Origin: an uncultured Rivularia sp.
Lineage (GTDB): Bacteria > Cyanobacteriota > Cyanobacteriia > Cyanobacteriales > Nostocaceae
DNA: 64,000 nt
Direction: 5' to 3'
NCBI GenBank assembly: GCA_963665115.1
Contig: OY762007.1
Coordinates: 3,808,001-3,872,000, forward strand
The position numbers were made by a program, and so were the translations under genes. Position 1 is the first letter of the stretch. Every line of letters starts with the position of its first letter. Below the pieces are notes generated by a model that worked only from the letters and a program-made list of their open reading frames with translations, was not told the origin of the DNA and made no database searches. This document shows, piece after piece, positions 1 through 11,327 of the stretch.

Positions 1-819
1 ACTCCTGAAGCAGCTATTGAAAAATGGATTCAAGAAGAACAAGTACATCACTTATTATCACCTCACGAATATCCAGGGGAAGAGCCAAAACCGGATAAAT
101 TTTTAGATGGTACAACTAAATTATCAAGAGAAAAGAAATATCAATTCCTGTTAAACCTACTCAAATCAAATTTAGAACATATCGAAGCATTTAAATTTCA
201 GTTTCCTGGATACGACGAAGATTTTTGGTGGTTAGATGAAACTTATGAAGGTATATATCCTCATAAAGACTTTATTTGTGGTTTAATTGGTAAAACTTTT
301 GATGACAGTTGGATTTCAATTTCACCAACAATACCAACTAGACATACTTTACCCGAAGAGATAGCAGCTTCCGACTACCAAATTCCTATAAATCAAAGTC
401 AGGGAGAAAATAGTTTTAATTTACAATCTCAAGTAAAACAAATTTTAGCAGAACTAACTCCTTTGAAATTAGCCGTTTGCTATCCTGCTGGATACAGCTA
501 TAGCTATATTTATCAACTTTGTTGTGCTGTATCTACGACAAAGGAATCAGCAATTACTCAATCTTTACTTAAATCGGGATTATTCAAAATTAATAAATTT
601 CAAGATTTTTTATCGGAAACTGATGGCTCTCATTACTATGAAAGCTTACGTCGCAAAAGAGAACAAATTCTTTCTCGATTTTTTAAAGCTACATTTCCTG
701 AAACCAAAATCTATCATTTAGCTTTATACGATATTGATTACACTTATATTCTTGGAGAAACACCTCATCAAGATTATGTAGGTATCAAAATATCTAGAGA
801 TTATCATTACAATCCTTAG
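1..819 (+). CDS. 5'-partial protein with two putative nuclease A inhibitor (NuiA)-like domains
   Basis: Frame +1 is open from base 1 to TAG at 817-819, so the track ORF 463..819 is only its 3' part. Two segments resemble the NuiA C-terminal pattern: KYQFLLNLLKSNLEHIEAF...GLIGKTFDDSWISIS and ILSRFFKATFPETKIYHL..DYTYILGETPHQDYVGIKI. Confidence 0.55.
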   Translation, partial: TPEAAIEKWIQEEQVHHLLSPHEYPGEEPKPDKFLDGTTKLSREKKYQFLLNLLKSNLEHIEAFKFQFPGYDEDFWWLDETYEGIYPHKDFICGLIGKTFDDSWISISPTIPTRHTLPEEIAASDYQIPINQSQGENSFNLQSQVKQILAELTPLKLAVCYPAGYSYSYIYQLCCAVSTTKESAITQSLLKSGLFKINKFQDFLSETDGSHYYESLRRKREQILSRFFKATFPETKIYHLALYDIDYTYILGETPHQDYVGIKISRDYHYNP

Positions 820-825
820 ATATTT

Positions 826-917
826 AACCCACGCAGGTGGGTTTCACTTGTGTAGACAAGCCACTGCGTTGCGGAGGTTCCCTCCGTTGAAGCAAGTGGC
901 GTGCGGTTTCAACCGCC
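826..917. repeat. nested small dispersed repeat (palindromic host element with an internal ~44-nt hairpin insert)
   Basis: AACCCACGCAGGTGGGTTTC..GTGTAG / GCGGTTTCAACCGCC interrupted by AGCCACTGCGTTGCGGAGGTTCCCTCCGTTGAAGCAAGTGGCGT (859-902). Confidence 0.65.
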
Positions 918-934
918 GGATACCTGATGATAAC

Positions 935-978
935 CTCTCTCCAACCTCTTCCTCCGCGCTCTCTGCGCCTCTGCGGTT
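935..978. repeat. dispersed repeat (CTCTGCGCCTCTGCG family)
   Basis: Near reverse-complement copy at 14011-14054; related copies lie within 46695-46748 and 50861-50914. Confidence 0.75.
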
Positions 979-1018
979 AAATAACACCAAAATATCTCGT
1001 TACTAACCTAAATACCGG

Positions 1019-1045
1019 GAGACGTAGCACTGCTACGTCTCTACA
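1019..1045. repeat. REP-like palindrome GAGACGTAGCACTGCTACGTCTCTACA
   Basis: Hairpin followed by CTACA; copies at 42375-42400 and, with a variant loop, 46259-46284. Confidence 0.8.
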
Positions 1046-1900
1046 TCACATCAGTTTCCTTATCCCCACTTCCAACCCCCGACAAACCCCAGTCAAAAAA
1101 TCCAAATCCAAAGTTTCAATCTTGTCGCTAGGCTTATGGTAATGAGGATTCCGCATAAATGAAGTATCTGTCACCATCATCGCCGGATAACCTGCATCCC
1201 AAAATGGGGAATGATCGCTCCGTCTTACCGCAGGAACTATTTTGCCTTTATTCGGAACTGGTAAAAATTCACTCTTAGTCCCCGATTTACGAATAATGTT
1301 GCGGAGTCGAAATAAATCGGGAAGCGTTTTCAAATTACCAATCAAAGCAATATAATCACCCGTACTCGGATAAAACTTTTTTAATATCGAAGCCGGATAT
1401 TCTTGCGTCCCCGGATTTGAATTACAATAACCTAACATTTCTAAAGACATCATCAAACGCAATTTCTGCTTTTCCCTTAGCAATTCATTTACATATTCCT
1501 TACTACCCAAACAACCAGCTTCTTCCATATCAAAAGCAACGAGTCGCAAAGGATACCTTGTTGGCTGCGTGGCAAAAATTCTTGCTAATTCTAATAAAAC
1601 TGCAACTCCGGTAGCATTATCATCGGCTCCTGGACTTCCTGGAACGCCGTCGTAATGAGCAGCAATTAAAATTGGTGATAAATTGTCCTTTCCAGATTTT
1701 AAATCTGAAGGTAAATTCAAGATTAGATTTTCACAGACTTTGCTACCAACTTCAAAGGTGTGGATTTCCACACTTCCCCATTGTGAAAAATCAGCACGAA
1801 TGTATTCTTGGACAAAGAAATGTCCTGCTGTTGCTAAATAAGCATCGCGCTCTCGTGCTATCTGGATAAGATGGGTTGCGAGTTGTTTTTTTAAATCCAC
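1046..1900 (-). CDS. M28 family peptidase
   Basis: Motifs AHYD, GADDNATGVA, DMEE, SDH, HYHKPSD. Confidence 0.9.
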   Translation of the reverse strand: MDLKKQLATHLIQIARERDAYLATAGHFFVQEYIRADFSQWGSVEIHTFEVGSKVCENLILNLPSDLKSGKDNLSPILIAAHYDGVPGSPGADDNATGVAVLLELARIFATQPTRYPLRLVAFDMEEAGCLGSKEYVNELLREKQKLRLMMSLEMLGYCNSNPGTQEYPASILKKFYPSTGDYIALIGNLKTLPDLFRLRNIIRKSGTKSEFLPVPNKGKIVPAVRRSDHSPFWDAGYPAMMVTDTSFMRNPHYHKPSDKIETLDLDFLTGVCRGLEVGIRKLM

Positions 1901-2169
1901 GGATTAACTAGGAACTATGAAGGATAAAGGATAAAACTTAAATAAGCGATGAAAAATGATTTGTTTTTTCGAGTACATTTATTACCCGTCAAAGGCAAAA
2001 ATGGATTTTAACTGTTAGTGGCTTGTTTGATGGATTAATTAAATTATTTCAAACTTGATTGATTATTGATAACGAAGCTTGACAAAGTATTTCTCAACTG
2101 CAAGATACAATAAATCAAGCATTACTTCTAAACATATATTTATAAGACATACTAGGAGAAGCGTAGGGC

Positions 2170-4440
2170 ATGGGCAAGGTAGTAGGCATCGACTTGGGTA
2201 CAACAAACTCTGTAGTCGCCGTTATGGAAGGTGGCAAGCCGGTGGTTATTGCCAATGCGGAAGGAATGCGAACCACTCCGTCGGTTGTTGGCTTTAGTAA
2301 AGACGGCGAAAAGGTTGTCGGACAGATGGCAAGAAGACAAACTGTCCTCAATCCTCAGAATACCTTTTTTGCTATCAAGCGGTTTATGGGGCGTAAATAT
2401 TCGGAGTTAACTCCGGAATCGAAGCGGGTGCCTTATACGGTACGTAAAGGCGAAATTGGCGAAATTAATATTGTATGTCCCCGTGTAAAGAAGAATTTTG
2501 CACCGGAAGAAGTTTCGGCGATGATTCTCAGAAAATTAGCCGATGATGCGAGTAAATATTTAGGAGAGCAAGTAACGGGTACAGTAATTACCGTTCCTGC
2601 TTATTTTAATGATGCCCAGCGACAAGCTACCAGAGATGCGGGTAGAATCGCTGGTTTGGAAGTATTGCGAATTCTTAACGAACCTACTGCTGCTGCTTTA
2701 GCTTACGGTTTGGATAAGGCAGATAGCGAAGTAATTTTGGTATTTGACTTGGGTGGTGGAACTTTCGACGTATCCATCTTGGAAATTGGCGATGGTGTAT
2801 TTGAAGTCAAAGCCACATCCGGCGACACTCAATTGGGTGGAAACGATTTTGATAAAAGGATTGTCGATTGGTTAGCCCAGAAGTTTTTAGAAGATGAAGG
2901 TATAGATTTAAGAAGAGACAGACAAGCTTTACAACGTTTGATGGAAGCTGCGGAAAAGGCGAAAATCGAACTTTCGGCTGTGAGCGTTACCGATATTAAT
3001 TTACCTTTTATTACTGCCGATCAAGATGGTCCGAAACATCTCGAAACTCGTTTAACGCGATCGCAATTTGAAGCGATGTGCGACGATTTGTTAGGTAAAT
3101 TACGAGTTCCTGTTAAAAGAGCGTTGCGAGATGCTGGGATGACACCGCGAGATATTGAGGAAGTTGTACTCGTGGGTGGTTCAACCAGAATGCCAATTGT
3201 GGAAAAATTGGTAGAAGCAATGATTGGTTTGCAGCCGAACCAAAATGTTAACCCTGATGAAGTTGTAGCCGTTGGTGCTGCGGTGCAAGCTGGTATTTTG
3301 GCTGGCGAACTCAAAGATGTATTGCTGCTTGATGTCACTCCCCTATCAATTGGTTTGGAAACCATTGGTGGAGTAATGAAAAAGTTAATTCCTCGCAACA
3401 CTACAATCCCAGTACGTCGTTCCGATATTTTCTCCACTTCTGAAAATAATCAAAACACCGTAGAAGTTCACGTAGCCCAGGGCGAGCGGGAAATGGCCGC
3501 CGATAACAAATCCCTGGGACGATTTAAACTTTACGGTATACCTCCCGCACCTCGGGGAATTCCGCAAATTCAAGTGAGTTTCGATATTGATGCCAACGGA
3601 ATATTACAGGTAACGGCATTAGATAGAACCACCGGAAGAGAACAAAGTATTACAGTTCAAGGTGCTTCCAATTTAAGCGAAGCCGATATCAAGAGAGCAA
3701 TTCAAGATGCGGAAAAATTTGCCGACGTAGACAGACAGCGCAAAGAAAAAATTGAAAAACGCTCCCGTGCCGAAGCATTAATTAATCAAGCCGAAAGACA
3801 GTTACGAGAAGTAGCGTTAGATTTCGGAATGCAGTTTGCTCGCAATCGTCGCCAGCGTATTGATAATATTTGCCGCGATTTGAAAGATAGTTTGAAGGCA
3901 GATGACGACAGAGGAATTGACCAAACTTACGCCGATTTACAAGACGCATTATCCGATTTAAATAAAGAAGTTCGTCAGTACTATGCCGATGACGAAGAAG
4001 ACGATCTATTTGGTACTATCCGCGACATCTTTATCGGCGACAAAGATGATGATGATTTCTACGATAAAGGCTACGGTAGGGGATATGACAGGGGTTACGG
4101 TAGAGATGCCGACCGGGGTGGTAACAGGGATTATGACCGGGGTTACGGTCAAGATTACAACCGAGGAGCAGCTTACGGAAGAGATGCCGATCGAGGTTAC
4201 GGCAGAGAACCCGACCGTGGTTATAGAGAACCCGGCGATAGGGGTTACGGAAGGGATGCCGATCGAGGTTATAGCGATGATTCCAGGGGTTACGCAAGAA
4301 ACGATCGGGGAAGAGATGCCGATAGGGGTTATGGAAGAGATAACAGCTATCCGAACTATGACAAAGATTATTCTCCGCGCAAACCAGCCAAACCTAGCTA
4401 CCAGGATAACTGGGATGATGACGATGACGATTGGCTATAA
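2170..4440 (+). CDS. dnaK: molecular chaperone DnaK (cyanobacterial DnaK3 type, long C-terminal tail)
   Basis: [20 protein letters not shown] and LVGGSTRMP signatures; ends WDDDDDDWL; followed by dnaJ. Confidence 0.97.
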   Translation: MGKVVGIDLGTTNSVVAVMEGGKPVVIANAEGMRTTPSVVGFSKDGEKVVGQMARRQTVLNPQNTFFAIKRFMGRKYSELTPESKRVPYTVRKGEIGEINIVCPRVKKNFAPEEVSAMILRKLADDASKYLGEQVTGTVITVPAYFNDAQRQATRDAGRIAGLEVLRILNEPTAAALAYGLDKADSEVILVFDLGGGTFDVSILEIGDGVFEVKATSGDTQLGGNDFDKRIVDWLAQKFLEDEGIDLRRDRQALQRLMEAAEKAKIELSAVSVTDINLPFITADQDGPKHLETRLTRSQFEAMCDDLLGKLRVPVKRALRDAGMTPRDIEEVVLVGGSTRMPIVEKLVEAMIGLQPNQNVNPDEVVAVGAAVQAGILAGELKDVLLLDVTPLSIGLETIGGVMKKLIPRNTTIPVRRSDIFSTSENNQNTVEVHVAQGEREMAADNKSLGRFKLYGIPPAPRGIPQIQVSFDIDANGILQVTALDRTTGREQSITVQGASNLSEADIKRAIQDAEKFADVDRQRKEKIEKRSRAEALINQAERQLREVALDFGMQFARNRRQRIDNICRDLKDSLKADDDRGIDQTYADLQDALSDLNKEVRQYYADDEEDDLFGTIRDIFIGDKDDDDFYDKGYGRGYDRGYGRDADRGGNRDYDRGYGQDYNRGAAYGRDADRGYGREPDRGYREPGDRGYGRDADRGYSDDSRGYARNDRGRDADRGYGRDNSYPNYDKDYSPRKPAKPSYQDNWDDDDDDWL

Positions 4441-4814
4441 AGTAGTTTAAATTAGCTTTTTACAAGCAAATATAGGCTAATATACGGGCGGTTAACCCCG
4501 CTCCCAGTCCTGTTAACAATATACTTATGAAATAATCCGGCTTTAAATATTAGACAAGCGTAAAAGCTAGACATATAAAGGCTTTTTCTTAAGTCTTCAA
4601 AAAATAGTTTTACCTTTATTTATTGACCAAAATCATAAATTTAAACGTAAATCATCAACATAAAGAAAATCCGCTTCTTTATTTATGACCTTTTATGCTC
4701 AATATCATGTCAAAAAGCCCGAAAAGCTTGCTATATAAATAAAATTGCTCATCCAAAATTAAAATTATTGATTAATCTTATTTACTCCTTATTCCTTCCC
4801 ATAAACAACTTACT

Positions 4815-5814
4815 ATGCAGAATTTGCAGAATTTTCGCGACTACTACGAGATTTTAGCAGTATCTAAAGATGCTCCTAATGATGAAATTAAAAAAAGTTA
4901 TCGCCGATTAGCCCGACAATTCCATCCAGACTTAAATCCTGGAAATAAAGCCGCAGAGGAAAAATTTAAAGACGTAAATGAAGCCTACGAGGTTTTAAGC
5001 GACCCCCAGTAAACGCGCTCAGTACGACCAATTCAGCGTATTTTGGAAGCAAAATGGCTTTCCTGGTTCAAAATCGTCCCCACGCAAAGGCTGGAATAAA
5101 GGAAACGGCGATCGCACTTCTACTTCTGCCGATGTTAATCCCGCTAAATACGATAATTTTGATACTTTTATTGACCAAGTATTTGGTGTCAAAAACAAAG
5201 GCAATGCCCCTGGTAGTTCCACAAACACTGCAAAAACCGATCCATTTCGGACTCCCAGAACAAAAGTTTCCTATACTCCAAGTGCGCGTCCAAATCGCCG
5301 GGATATAGAAGCAAGATTAACTTTACCTTTAGAGAAGGCTTATCAAGGTGGCTTAGAAAGAATTCGTCTTGAAGATGGACGTTCTTTAGAAGTAAATATG
5401 CCCCCAGGAATGGTAACAGGACAAACTATTCGATTGCGTAATCAAGGTATTGGTGGCGGCGATTTATACCTAAAAATTACCGTACAGCAACATCATATTT
5501 TTAAAGTTGACGGTACTGATATATTCTGCCAAGTGCCTATTACTCCTTGCGAAGCAGTCTTAGGAGGACAAGTAGAAGCACCAACTTTAGATGGATTAGT
5601 AAAAATGACTATTCCTCCAGGAGTCAGATCCGGGCAAAGATTGCGTTTAGAAGGTAAAGGCTATCCCAACGAAAAAGGCAAGCGAGGAAACCAACTCGTA
5701 GAAATTCAAATAATTACTCCTGCGTCTAAAAATATTAGCTCTGAGGAACGCGAACTTTACGAAAAGTTACGCGAGATAGAAACTTTTAAGCCTCGTAAAG
5801 ATTTGCTGAGATGA
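4815..5814 (+). CDS. dnaJ: DnaJ co-chaperone (J domain + DnaJ C-terminal domain), split by a +1 frameshift at C5 5003-5007
   Basis: J domain with HPD in 4815..5012. Removing one C gives ..[13 protein letters not shown].. and joins the frame of ORF 5398..5814 ([16 protein letters not shown]), restoring 332 aa. Confidence 0.88.
5108..5115. repeat. HIP1 octamer GCGATCGC (representative site)
   Basis: Recurs throughout the window (e.g. 7268, 10648), a cyanobacterial hallmark. Confidence 0.9.
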
Positions 5815-5978
5815 TTTTTGATTAAATAGCTGCATAGCCTTATAGAAAGCCAAAACAGCATCTAAAGTTAGATTTACAAATATTCAAATATTGATGAAAA
5901 TAAGATTTTCATACCTTGCTACAAAAAGATAGTTTTAAAATATGAGGAAAAACTGTTTGCAAGGTAAGGAATACAGCC

Positions 5979-6521
5979 GTGAATCAAAATGGGACAAAAC
6001 TCAGCCGAGGAGAAGCAACCTATTATTCCTTACTAGGTTTGCATCCAGCAGCTTCGGTAATCGAAATCCGCCGTGCTTACCGAGAACTTAGCAAACGCTA
6101 CCATCCCGATACTACAAATTTACCCACAGCACTTGCTATTGTTAAATTTCAAAAGCTCAACGAAGCTTACGCAACCCTTAGCAACCCCCAAAAGCGTTTA
6201 ACTTACGACCTGAAAATTGGCTATTCTCGGTTTGGAGTAATTCAAGCACCCTCCGACTTAAACCAACCAGTTTCTGAAAATCGACATACATCCAAATCGG
6301 CTTACCTCGATCCAACCGATCGCCCCCTCTCACCCGGTGAGATTTTCGCCTTATTTATTCTAGGGTTAACTTTCTTAGGATGTTTGCTGCTAGTAATCGC
6401 CGTAGGTTTAACCAGAGGTGAAGCCGCTTTTCAAACAACTATAGAGCAGCCAAGTATTATAATACAGCAGCAAGCAATCAATTCCAATCAAGCAAATATC
6501 GTAAATAAATTTAATAATTAA
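5979..6521 (+). CDS. J-domain protein with C-terminal transmembrane helix
   Basis: YYSLLGL..IRRAYRELSKRYHPD; hydrophobic IFALFILGLTFLGCLLLVIAVGL. Confidence 0.85.
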   Translation: MNQNGTKLSRGEATYYSLLGLHPAASVIEIRRAYRELSKRYHPDTTNLPTALAIVKFQKLNEAYATLSNPQKRLTYDLKIGYSRFGVIQAPSDLNQPVSENRHTSKSAYLDPTDRPLSPGEIFALFILGLTFLGCLLLVIAVGLTRGEAAFQTTIEQPSIIIQQQAINSNQANIVNKFNN

Positions 6522-6530
6522 AATTTTTCA

Positions 6531-6622
6531 GGTTAGAGGTTAAAGGTCAAAGGTCAGAGGTTAAAGGTTAAAGGTTAAACAATTTCTAACAACTAACAAC
6601 TAACAACTAACAACTAACAACT
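6531..6622. repeat. heptamer tandem repeats (GGTTAAA/GGTCAAA and CTAACAA)
   Basis: Intergenic 7-mer arrays visible directly. Confidence 0.85.
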
Positions 6623-6629
6623 AATTTTC

Positions 6630-6902
6630 ATGTATCTTTTAAACTCAGAAACTCCACTGTACAATCATCCGCTTCCTCAAATTGAGCAATGGTTGGAAAA
6701 CAGAGGCTGTCAGCAAGACTCAAAACTATTACACTTATGGCGCATAAACAAACCTGCTTGGGAAGCGGAAATCTGGCTTGATGTGGAAGAAATCATCGTT
6801 CGATATCTTAGTGCAGGAGAAACTAAAGAAGACATTCAGCGCTCGTTTAAATATTCTCTTAGTCGTCAAGATGTAGAAGAAGCCATTTTCTGCGGGCCAT
6901 GA
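6630..6902 (+). CDS. DUF3143 family protein
   Basis: TPLYNHPLPQIEQWL...RSFKYSLSRQDVEEAIF, typical of this conserved cyanobacterial family. Confidence 0.8.
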   Translation: MYLLNSETPLYNHPLPQIEQWLENRGCQQDSKLLHLWRINKPAWEAEIWLDVEEIIVRYLSAGETKEDIQRSFKYSLSRQDVEEAIFCGP

Positions 6903-7002
6903 GGAGATGGGGGACAAGGAGAAAGGGAGAGAGGGGGAAGAGGCGGGAGAATAAATAATATTATCAATGCCCAATGCCCAATCCCCCATACCCATTCCCA
7001 AA

Positions 7003-7752
7003 TTAAACTTTGCCAAACCTTCTGTCTCTTTGCTGATAGGCTGATAATGCTTTGCGGAATTCGTTGCGGTCGAAATCGGGCCACAATGTATCGGTAAAAT
7101 ATATTTCTGAGTATGCTGCTTGCCATAAGAGAAAATTACTCAAGCGCATTTCCCCGCTGGTACGAATAATTAAATCTGGATCGCAGTTTCCAGCAGTATA
7201 GAGATGATGTTCAAATGCCGCTTCATCAATTTCATGTGGTTGGAGCAATCCTTTGTCTACTTTTTCGGCGATCGCCCGACAAGCTTGAAGAATTTCTTGT
7301 CTACCTCCATAGTTAGTAGCAACGTTAAAATCAATTCCGCGATTGTCTTTGGTTTCTTCCATCGAACGGCTAATTTCTGCTTGTAAGGCATTTGGCAAAG
7401 CTTTTAAATTGCCTACAAAGCCAATTCTGACGTTCTCTTTGAGCATTTCTCGCAGTTCTTGACGCAACACTCGCTGGAACAAAGTCATCAAAAATTCAAC
7501 TTCTTCTTGCGGTCTACCCCAGTTTTCGGTAGAAAAAGCATAAGCAGTTAGCGCTTTTATTCCCCAATCCTTGCAGCAGCGGAGCAAATCCTTAAGAATA
7601 TCAACTCCGCGCTTGTGCCCCATAATTCGAGGCAAACCCCTATGTTTAGCCCATCGACCATTGCCATCCATGATTACCGCAACGTGTAGTGGTAATAGTT
7701 CTTTTTTTAAATCGCTTGGCAAATATTCTAAATTTGTTGATTGTGCTGTCAT
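7003..7752 (-). CDS. uppS: isoprenyl transferase (undecaprenyl diphosphate synthase)
   Basis: [39 protein letters not shown]. Confidence 0.95.
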   Translation of the reverse strand: MTAQSTNLEYLPSDLKKELLPLHVAVIMDGNGRWAKHRGLPRIMGHKRGVDILKDLLRCCKDWGIKALTAYAFSTENWGRPQEEVEFLMTLFQRVLRQELREMLKENVRIGFVGNLKALPNALQAEISRSMEETKDNRGIDFNVATNYGGRQEILQACRAIAEKVDKGLLQPHEIDEAAFEHHLYTAGNCDPDLIIRTSGEMRLSNFLLWQAAYSEIYFTDTLWPDFDRNEFRKALSAYQQRDRRFGKV

Positions 7753-8669
7753 TTTTTGTCCCGAGAAGCGGTCGATGGTAAACCGAGTAAACGTGAAATT
7801 AATGCGGTGAATTTACCACGAATTTGACGACCCAAGCTGAATAAACCGGGGGCTACAGCTTCCCGATCCACTGCCGGAGAAAAATGAGTCTCCAAGGAAT
7901 CTCTCAATTTCGTGATGGTTAGCGGTCTATTTAGAGTTCCCCTTTCTGCAAGAGAAATAGAACCTGTTTCTTCCGATACAACGACACAAATACAATTTTC
8001 GACACGCTCGGTAATTCCCATCGCCGCTCGATGGCGCGTTCCCAACTGGCGAGAGGCAGTACGTCCCGAAAGCGGTAAAATTATACCACTGGATACAATC
8101 CGAGAACCACGTATTAATGTTGCACCATCATGCAAAAGAGTTTTTGGCTGAAAAATTGTTTGCAGTAGTTCCTTAGAAACTTCAGCATTCAGCTTCACTC
8201 CCGGCACGGAAAAATCACGCTCGTCAATTGGACCAGTGGTTTCTATAATCACCAAAGCTCCAATTCTATTTTTTGAGAGTTCTCTAACCGCATCAACAAT
8301 TTCATCAATTACACTATACGATTTCGGTACCGCTAAGCTAGAAGTTTGAAATAACTGCCGAAATTCACCACGTCCCAACTGTTCTAGAAAACGGCGAAAC
8401 TCTGACTGAAGAGTTATCGCCATCGCTACAGCACAACCATATACAAGGCTTTGCAAAACAAAATTTAACAGTTGTAGCCCAAAGAAATCACTTACTGCTG
8501 AAGCTAGCATTAAAACAATAAACCCCCGCACCATCCATAGCGTGCGACGTTCGCTGATAATTACTAGCATCATGTATGTTAGCGCCAGCACTAACATGAT
8601 ATCCAGAGTCTTTAACAAGGGCTGCGACCATCCCAGGTTTGCCAGCACTTGTTTCCATAAATTCCCCAT
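7749..8669 (-). CDS. cdaA: diadenylate cyclase CdaA
   Basis: N-terminal TM helices, HDGA and GTRHRAA motifs; lysA-cdaA-uppS order. Confidence 0.93.
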   Translation of the reverse strand: MGNLWKQVLANLGWSQPLLKTLDIMLVLALTYMMLVIISERRTLWMVRGFIVLMLASAVSDFFGLQLLNFVLQSLVYGCAVAMAITLQSEFRRFLEQLGRGEFRQLFQTSSLAVPKSYSVIDEIVDAVRELSKNRIGALVIIETTGPIDERDFSVPGVKLNAEVSKELLQTIFQPKTLLHDGATLIRGSRIVSSGIILPLSGRTASRQLGTRHRAAMGITERVENCICVVVSEETGSISLAERGTLNRPLTITKLRDSLETHFSPAVDREAVAPGLFSLGRQIRGKFTALISRLLGLPSTASRDKK

Positions 8670-8838
8670 GACATCTGGATTACGCGCTTTGTTTGAAGGA
8701 TATAAAGCTCAAAGTATAAATAATATAGATGCCCTCCGGGCAACTTAAGGGCATAGTAGCATGAAGTACAGAGCATAAAATAGCTGATTTGTTTTCAGCC
8801 TTTATGCTACCCTAATGCTTTGCCGACATCATACTTTA

Positions 8839-10257
8839 TTATTCGCTTTTTTTGAGCCGTTCTGGTAAGCAATCTTGACGAATCAAATCTTGATATGATT
8901 CGCGTTGCAATATTAAACTTGCTTCACCATTTGCAACTAAAACTGCTGCCGGTCGAGGCAAACGGTTGTAATTGGATGACATACTGTAATTATATGCACC
9001 AGTTCCCATTACTACGAGAGTATCTCCCGCTTCTGTGGGTGGAAGTTGGGCATCATTAATTAGAATATCTCCCGATTCGCAATGTTTACCAGCAATTGTG
9101 ACTTTTTCGGTAGATGGCACGGACATTTTATTCGCTACCACCGCTCGATAAATTGACTGATAAGTAATCGGACGAGGATTGTCCGACATTCCTCCGTCTA
9201 CAGCAATATATTTACGTATTCCGGGAATTTCTTTAGATGCACCAATACTATATGCTGTAACGCAGGTTGTACCAATTAAAGAACGCCCCGGTTCGCATAA
9301 TAATTTTGGTAAGGGAATATTCGCGGTAGAACAGGCTTTTTCAACTACCTCGCAGATCGGCTTTACCCACTCTTCTATGCTCGGTGGATCGTCGGATTCT
9401 ATATATCTTATTCCCAAACCACCACCAACATTTAATTCGGTAATGTTGATACCATAAGTAGCAGCTTTTTTTAACCACTCTACCATAAGAGCAGCTAAGT
9501 CTTGGTGGGGTTGACGCTCAAAGATTTGCGAGCCAATGTGAGCGTGTACGCCAACGCAGTTTAAAGATTTTTGCTTGCTGACAAATGTAAACAGATCGTC
9601 AAGAGCATTAGGATCGAAACCAAATTTGCTATCTAACTGTCCCGTGCGGATGTAATCGTGGGTATGACAATCAATACCGGGAGTCAAACGCAACATAATC
9701 CGGTACGGTGCATGGCTATCGAAACTATTTTCTGAGGCTAGCTCCACCAAAGTATTCAATTCGTACCAGTTATCCACCACAACAGTACAACCGGATTCCA
9801 CAGCAAAAATCAGTTCATCACGAGACTTATTATTACTGTGTAGGTAAATATAGCCGGCATCCGCACCACTTTGTATTGCTGTATATAATTCACCACCAGA
9901 AGCTACATCTATTCCCAAATCTTCAGATGCAACAATCGCGCACACTGCCAAACAATTCCATGCTTTAGAAGCGTACAATACTTTGGATTCACCTTTATAG
10001 TATTGCTTAAAACTATCGCGATACTGACGGCAAGCAGTTCGCAAGCTTTCTTCATCCAGAATGTATAGTGGAGAACCAAACTGGTTTACTAAGGTAATTA
10101 CATCACAACCACCTACTTCCAAATTGTCATTCTTGTTAACAGAGGCAGTCAAAGGTAAAAGCGACTGATTCGGCGAAACGCTTTCTTTTTGGCTGCTATT
10201 TGATAGTATATATTTACTACCAATATTTTGAACCCCAGTAGGGTAAGTCGATACCAT
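8839..10257 (-). CDS. lysA: diaminopimelate decarboxylase
   Basis: YASKA, HAHIGSQ, EPGRS, GKHCESGD, GAYNYSMSSNYN. Confidence 0.96.
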   Translation of the reverse strand: MVSTYPTGVQNIGSKYILSNSSQKESVSPNQSLLPLTASVNKNDNLEVGGCDVITLVNQFGSPLYILDEESLRTACRQYRDSFKQYYKGESKVLYASKAWNCLAVCAIVASEDLGIDVASGGELYTAIQSGADAGYIYLHSNNKSRDELIFAVESGCTVVVDNWYELNTLVELASENSFDSHAPYRIMLRLTPGIDCHTHDYIRTGQLDSKFGFDPNALDDLFTFVSKQKSLNCVGVHAHIGSQIFERQPHQDLAALMVEWLKKAATYGINITELNVGGGLGIRYIESDDPPSIEEWVKPICEVVEKACSTANIPLPKLLCEPGRSLIGTTCVTAYSIGASKEIPGIRKYIAVDGGMSDNPRPITYQSIYRAVVANKMSVPSTEKVTIAGKHCESGDILINDAQLPPTEAGDTLVVMGTGAYNYSMSSNYNRLPRPAAVLVANGEASLILQRESYQDLIRQDCLPERLKKSE

Positions 10258-10346
10258 AACGATATAAAGTGTGTGAATTGAATTCTGGGCAACATTTGTC
10301 TGACTTTACCCAGTGTACAAAGGGCGATGTACTATAACCAATAAAA

Positions 10347-10898
10347 GTGAATCTATTTGAGCTAAAAATTCAATCTCTTTCTCATGAACATCTATCCGCA
10401 ATATTAGAACTAGATAAATCTAGCTTTGGCGGCTTATGGTCAAAAGAAGGCTATCAAAGAGAGCTTGATAGTCCAAATAGTGAGATACAAGGTTTATTTT
10501 CTCAGAAAACCGGCGAAAAACTTCTAGGAATGGGTTGTTTTTGGTCAATCTTAGAAGAAGCCCATATTACAATTTTGGCAATAGATGTTCAATCTCAGCG
10601 TCAAGGAATGGGCGCAGCGTTACTTTACTCTCTTCTAAAGACAGCACGCGATCGCCATTTAGAAAGAGCGACTTTAGAAGTGCGGGCTTCCAACATAAAG
10701 GCAATTTCCCTATACGAAAAATTTGGCTTTAAGACAGCAGGAAGAAGAAGACGCTACTACAAAAACGGTGAAGACGCATTAATTCTGTGGCTTGGAGGCA
10801 TACACAAGCCAGAATTCTCCGAAACCTTAGCCAACTGGGAAAGCAGTGTTGCTCAAAGCTTGAGTAACTCGGGCTGGGAGTTAGGAGTTAGGAGTTAG
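10347..10898 (+). CDS. rimI: ribosomal-protein-alanine N-acetyltransferase
   Basis: EAHITILA, QRQGMG, LEVRASN, RRRYY..GEDA. Confidence 0.9.
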   Translation: MNLFELKIQSLSHEHLSAILELDKSSFGGLWSKEGYQRELDSPNSEIQGLFSQKTGEKLLGMGCFWSILEEAHITILAIDVQSQRQGMGAALLYSLLKTARDRHLERATLEVRASNIKAISLYEKFGFKTAGRRRRYYKNGEDALILWLGGIHKPEFSETLANWESSVAQSLSNSGWELGVRS

Positions 10899-11327
10899 GA
10901 ATTGGTTGACCTTTGACCTATCCCCAATTACCAATTACCAATCCCCCATGCCCAATTCCCAAATATAATTGTTTAAAAATTATTACTACTAATAATCAAA
11001 TGATATTTAACCAAACTATAAAGTATTTTTATAAAGTTCATAATCAACTTGACGGAAAGGAATAAAGTTGATATTAGTGGTTGTTGGCTAATGGCTTAGC
11101 AATGACCCGAATCTAAGTGTGTATGGGTTGTAGTCAAGCTAAATAACGCACTCAATAATCGCTCCTCAGTACGCTGACTACAAAAAAGTAACAAATAATA
11201 TGTAACTTCAACTGCGGAAGTAGGTTCCTAGCATTTGGATGTCTAACAAGTTCCACAGACACCCATCGGATTTGCCTGTGCTAAAATCAGCGTACCGGCA
11301 CGACGCAGGCGATGGGAATAATGCCTT

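Noticed and set aside
3983..4450. 155-aa alternative-frame ORF over the dnaK tail
   Set aside because: Shadow frame of the 24-nt repeats; no recognisable RBS or domain.
5003..5007. Programmed ribosomal frameshift in dnaJ
   Set aside because: No X XXY YYZ slippery heptamer or clear stimulatory structure, and three similar +1 homopolymer events elsewhere point to assembly error.
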